This document shows positions 37,887-64,000 of a stretch of DNA of 64,000 nt, one piece after another. The translations under genes were made by a program, and so were the position numbers. The DNA comes from Phoronis australis (taxonomy: Eukaryota; Animalia; Phoronida), in the NCBI GenBank assembly GCA_002633005.1, contig NMRA01000232.1:564014-628013 (forward strand), read 5' to 3'. The stretch's first letter is position 1. Each line of letters starts with the position of its first letter. Below the pieces are notes generated by a model. That model made no database searches and was not told the origin of the DNA. It saw only the letters and a list, made by a program, of their open reading frames with translations.

Positions 37887-38521
37887 TGTACGGTGGTAAA
37901 TAATTGGCTTGCGACTCGCGGTGCGACCATGTAAGACTATCCACAGACCCGATTTTAAGAGAGGAAAACTAATTCAGTTTTCGTTTTTAAGACACCTAAA
38001 CAGCAGGCTAAAATGCAGTTTAACCATGGATTAGACTGTCTGGATTTTGTAGATTTGGAAACCGCCGTCTTCTGGACTAGTTGGAAGACAAACTACAACG
38101 CCAGGTTTTTGAATGATTCCAACGAAGTCCACTTTAATACATAGAGAGGGTAAACTCGACATCAAGTTCTAAATATTACCGAAAATAGTCGCTCTAGATT
38201 TTCATGCAATGTTCCTAATTTAAATACTTATAAGTAAAGATAAATATATTATTTTTTTGATTTCATTGAAATTAAGGTCGTTTTTAGACATACTTTTAGA
38301 ACAACCACAAGTAAAAGAGGGACTTTTAATGAAGATAAATGGGTGGGAAAATGCATTGGTGAGAAAACAAACTCTACACAGTTGAGGTTCTATTGGAACC
38401 GATTCATGCAACCACCCACTGGTACTTATTATGGATGCAATGCCAAAATTACGTTCTGCTTCCCCCCACGAGAATTTTTTTGCTAAGTTTTCGTCCCCCA
38501 CACTTGAAAACGAGCAATTAA

Positions 38522-38668
38522 CAGGGGCGGATCCAGGATTTTGAGTTGGGGGAGGGGGGGGGCCAGGGCAGAGTATTAGCCAGGATTTTGGCCATCAGAC
38601 ATTTACACCCCTGAACTGCCAAATGGAATCTGGGGGAGAGGGCATAGCCCCTTCTAAATCCGCCACTG
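38522..38668. mobile_element. Short hAT-like MITE (CAGGGGCGGATC..ATCCGCCACTG)
   Basis: Termini caggggcggatccagga / tctaaatccgccactg; flanks attaa/atgaa (4/5 match). Confidence 0.7.
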
Positions 38669-39008
38669 ATGAACCATACCCCGGATAGTACGCTGATACA
38701 CGTACACATTTTCCATAGTAATCCATAGATGTCCGTCATGATTCTCAGATATACCCAGCTAAAACATTTTCGAGTATCCTCGCCCTAAAGATGTTGTTAC
38801 AGCAACGACCAAGCATCTAAATCCCGGCCTCTCCCCCGCTCTCAACTCATGGCCTCTAACAGAAACATAAAACTAAGGCATAGAAATAGTCAACGATATA
38901 AATTGGCCAAATTTGAAATGATGTATCCTATCACCTCTAGGAGTAGGCCTCACACTGATGGCACCAACCATCCGGCCTTTAGAAAAAAAACTATGATCTG
39001 ATCCAACT

Positions 39009-39014
39009 TTTATT
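39009..39014 (-). promoter_or_regulatory. Candidate ERM polyadenylation signal
   Basis: AATAAA on the minus strand ~1.33 kb downstream of the ERM stop codon. Confidence 0.45.
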
Positions 39015-40348
39015 GCCAGAAAATGTGCTAACATTAGACTTTATCTGCATCTTCTCAGGTTAAGTTCCTTAAAAACAATCAAAGCACATGCCAAACCAGA
39101 CAGCTCGTCAAATAATTTTAGAACATTCAAATCTTTCCTGAATTTGTAAGGGAGATTAACTTTGTAAAAACTAAGTATCATGGCTGACAACCAAATTTAG
39201 AACTGCGGTATAATAGAACACATAAACTTAATTACAGAAGCAAATGTGACTGACTACTAATTCCTGGCAAAAGTGAAAAAGAACTGGGCAATTATAGGAA
39301 TAAAAGAGCATAGTAAATATTAATAATTTGCGTAATAACTTTACAAAATTATTTGACTACGAATCCTAAGCTTCATAAATACGTTTACACCCATCTTGAA
39401 GTTCGCCCGACCACAACTGCACATAGAACCCGACTTCAAATGTACAACCAGCACCTCGGGGGGCACTACCAATCACTGAATAATCACAACGTCCCGGAAT
39501 ATCCTTCATGTAAGTCTGCTTATAACAAGATTAAACTAGCAAGCCAAAGTCAACACAAACACACTCTTTCACTTGTCTAATAACATACTGCACGACCATG
39601 TCGTACAAATAACACGGAATCACGCACCAACAACCCTTGTGAATGTTTCCAGTACAAAATGAGAACCACAGTTCTTGACTGTCATGCAACTGAACAATGA
39701 CTAACCAACTAAGCCTTATATGTTACCGCACAGGCCAAAAAGTCATTTTAAGACCATAAGGTACATTGGGAGAAATATTTTCTAAAACAAGCCATTAGAA
39801 GTGCTCTACAGCAAACCCTACTAGCTGCTTTACTAGTGACTACACAAGCACCATGGAGCGCAGCATAGTCTAATTAGTAAGTTGCCCATCCACACTCAAA
39901 CGGGAAGCCCTATGAACTAACCCCCATGGGAATCACGGTGAGCCACGTCACGACAGCAGGCTCATTCAAAACATCGCACTGGCTCGTCACATTACAGCAA
40001 CAGGGCAACTTACAATCACAACTGATGAGCAGTTGCATCAATGGCAACTAGCCTCCGAAAACTACGTTTAACAAGATGAGCAGAAGGTTGGTAAACCTTT
40101 TATCACGACTGGAGTAACAATAACAAGTAGACTAAGAAACGTTCAACAGCATGACTGCAATGATGAAAGCACAACTTCTGCAACAGGGGGCGCATGCAAC
40201 AAATAATTATCAAAAACGGCAACTTTTCTGGACCAAGAAGAAAAATCTTTTGTAACAGTTTTACATCGGACAGAAACCTGATAGAGAAACAACTGGCATT
40301 TAATATATATCGTATTTCTATGTTGTTGACCGTGGCGTGTCTGGCTGT

Positions 40349-61327
<20,979 letters not shown>

Positions 61328-64000
61328 TTACACTGCCCGAAAAGGGCCCCATTTCCAACACGGGCCAAGGTATGGAACACGTGGCAAGAGTTAGGAACCA
61401 TTGAAACATTACAAGTTCATGCCTGGCTTGTCACCAATGCATTAAGCCGTAATTGTCATTTAACACAGGATTAGCTTCTCACCTTTGTTTGCCACAAAGA
61501 AACAATGAATGATGACAACTGGACAACACTAATTATCATATTGTCATGCCATGACTAAAGGTGTAGTATAATAAATAATAGATCATGTGCCAAGCTGTAT
61601 GGGTGTTCAAGGGAAAGCAGAAAGCACATACTGTAAGCTTGTTTACTGATGTGTAATTCGTTATGCCAAAGTTTTAATCCTAGCAGGAATGTGTTGGTAA
61701 CTTGAAACTTAAAACTGATACTGTCAAATAATTAAAATCCTAGGAGAGCTTCAATCTATCACAGTTTTAGCTTCATAAGTACATGTCACTTTCCAGTCAG
61801 CGGAAAGCGGAACTCCTGAACTTGGCCACCTGATTAAACTGCAAGAGTTGTACCAATTCCCAGCAATGTGAAGGATAACTCCTCTAGGATGGGAACTAGA
61901 GACATGCAACACTGATATTCAATAGAGAGTGTGAATCAACTATGCCATGTTGTGATTAATTCCTATGATTAAGTGTACGGTAACTCAGATGTCGCTAAGG
62001 AATGGCAAGCAAAGAGATGAAGTTGCAATGGATTTGTGATAGACCACAGTATTGTAAATTGGGAATTGACAAAGGTTCTCAAAAAGCAGGTTAAAAACAA
62101 TTTCTTGAAAATTAATAGTGCAAACTAAACATCCACAGACAGGTCGACATTGGTGACCTGCCAAATTCCCATGTCGCAATTGTAGAATTCAGGCTGCAGT
62201 TTACAAGTTCCACTATGCAAATTTTTGCGAACTAAAAACACCGGTGAGAAGAGTGTTTCAATTTCGCATTTGTTTCAGCTAACTTAACCAGTTGTCATGG
62301 AATTCTTTAAAATAACGGGACTGACATAGCTTGTATCTATATTAGGCGGTTATGGAAGAAAGTGTAAAAAAATTTGACTCTCATGAGTTGGAATTCCCTT
62401 ATACAAAATAATTATTAGGTTGGAAATCAGCTCATTATGTCGAGCCCTCCACCATGTGTGTGGGTGGGCCTCCACTCTGATGCTATTGCCATGCTAATGA
62501 TAGTTCAGATGAAAACCCTCCGAATCTCCACATTCAGTACTCTCCCAATATGTATTCAAACAAAATGTTGCATCATGTTTCAATTTTTTGCACCATGTAT
62601 GGAAGTCTCAAGTGAGCTATTTATAAGAAGTCCTGGGCCAGATTTAAAAAGCCAGAATTACAGCCGAGACAGACGATTGGAATAGTGTTGGATAGTGGAA
62701 CTTAATTCTTGTTGTTTTGTATTGAAAATGAGTGGCATACACCCAGCAAGTGAAAGTAATATATAATTGTTTTTCTGAATTAAGAGAACAGAAATTGGGA
62801 TATAAAAACATGAAATTTTCAGTGTTTGAATTTTTGCTCAAGGAGAACCTTAAAGGTACTTCTATGAAAAAGAATTGGCCGATTATACAATCAAGCATTA
62901 GGTGACCACTATCTTATCACTGGCATGCCACTGGTACAACCCTACTGCCTCTGCTTGCTGTTGTTGACACACTAATCAGGTGACACCCAGTAACTCAAAC
63001 TTCCACACCACAGCACAAGACTGACTCAACAACATGTTGGAGAACGCCCAGTACAGCAAGGCGTTGTTGTTTGTCTGCCAGTTGGAACACAGAACTCATT
63101 GTAACTGGGTCAGAAAACAAAGTGCACCACCTAGAATAGCAAACATGACTGGCTGAAGGTTAAATGTGCAGATACTCTACAAGCACTCTAGCCATTTGTG
63201 TGTGGTAGTGTATGCAACTGAGTCACCAGCACAGCAAATTCAGTATCAGGTTTCTAAATCCTTTCCATAGACTAGAGAATGGAACTTTTTAAAGAGCAAT
63301 TCCCTACAAGGAAGATTTAAATTCATCAATCCCTACAGAGAAGGTCAACTTTGAAAATTTTAGTAATTAACATACTTAATATATTCACAGCATCACCTAT
63401 GGTCAGCCTACACATGATGGCATGTAAAACATGAGGCCTGACATTACACTGATAACATCTATTTTCAAAAGAACCTGTGGTCATCATCACACTGTAAACA
63501 AAGGGCAACTGGTGATACTGGTTGATTTTTGACTTTTCCAATTTAGTGCTCTGGGTGATAACTCTGACGAATACTATACTTTCACACTACAGCAAAATTT
63601 GATAGATTCCAAAAACATCATTCTGTAGACTCCATATGTAAATAGCGAGAGTCAATATGATGGGTTATTCAACACAACTATGCCATCCTAGGGCTGATAA
63701 CTAATAAATAGTCAATTCCACTGGTAGTGTGGTGACAGGAAAGTAATCCTACTGATCAAACATAGAGTACATTGAACACTTCCATGCTGATCAAACATGG
63801 GCACATTATTGGAATATATGGTGCATTCCACAGTATTGGTTTTGTTACAGATGTGACATTCAGACACTTTAAATTCCAATATAAAATTAGTGAAACATCA
63901 CAGTAGTAAGAAATTTTAAGTATACATTACACACTTGATGGAAGCACTTCAGGTATCAAAAGTTTTTAATTCTGCACATTATAAGTGTACTAAAATTTAC

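Noticed and set aside
40022-40062. CTGATGA..hairpin..GAAA in the ERM 3'UTR region as a hammerhead ribozyme
   Set aside because: Four extra nucleotides separate stem II from GAAA, stems I and III are not convincing, and it is antisense to the gene.

Overview
This is eukaryotic (invertebrate, probably lophotrochozoan) genomic DNA with five intron-containing genes. They are WDTC1/DCAF9 (minus strand, 3' end runs off the left edge), PAAF1/Rpn14 (plus strand, head-to-head with WDTC1), an ankyrin-repeat gene with one coding exon (minus), LYRM2 (minus) and an ezrin/radixin/moesin (ERM) gene (minus, first coding exon not found in the window). Exons were assembled by hand from GT-AG boundaries and stay in frame. 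Introns and intergenic DNA carry many non-autonomous transposons. The most notable observations are: (1) a four-element nest in PAAF1 intron 2 that includes an inverted pair of Penelope-type minimal hammerhead-ribozyme motifs; (2) four different CAG/CAT-terminated MITE families that all appear to make 5-bp target-site duplications; (3) a 129-codon Ser/Thr/Pro-rich symmetric cassette exon, a 21-nt microexon and a possible alternative last exon in the ERM gene; (4) a LYRM2 3'UTR intron followed by a 54/63-bp higher-order repeat that is open in the LYRM2 frame. I cannot show a new biological system. Family assignments come from recalled motifs, not database searches.
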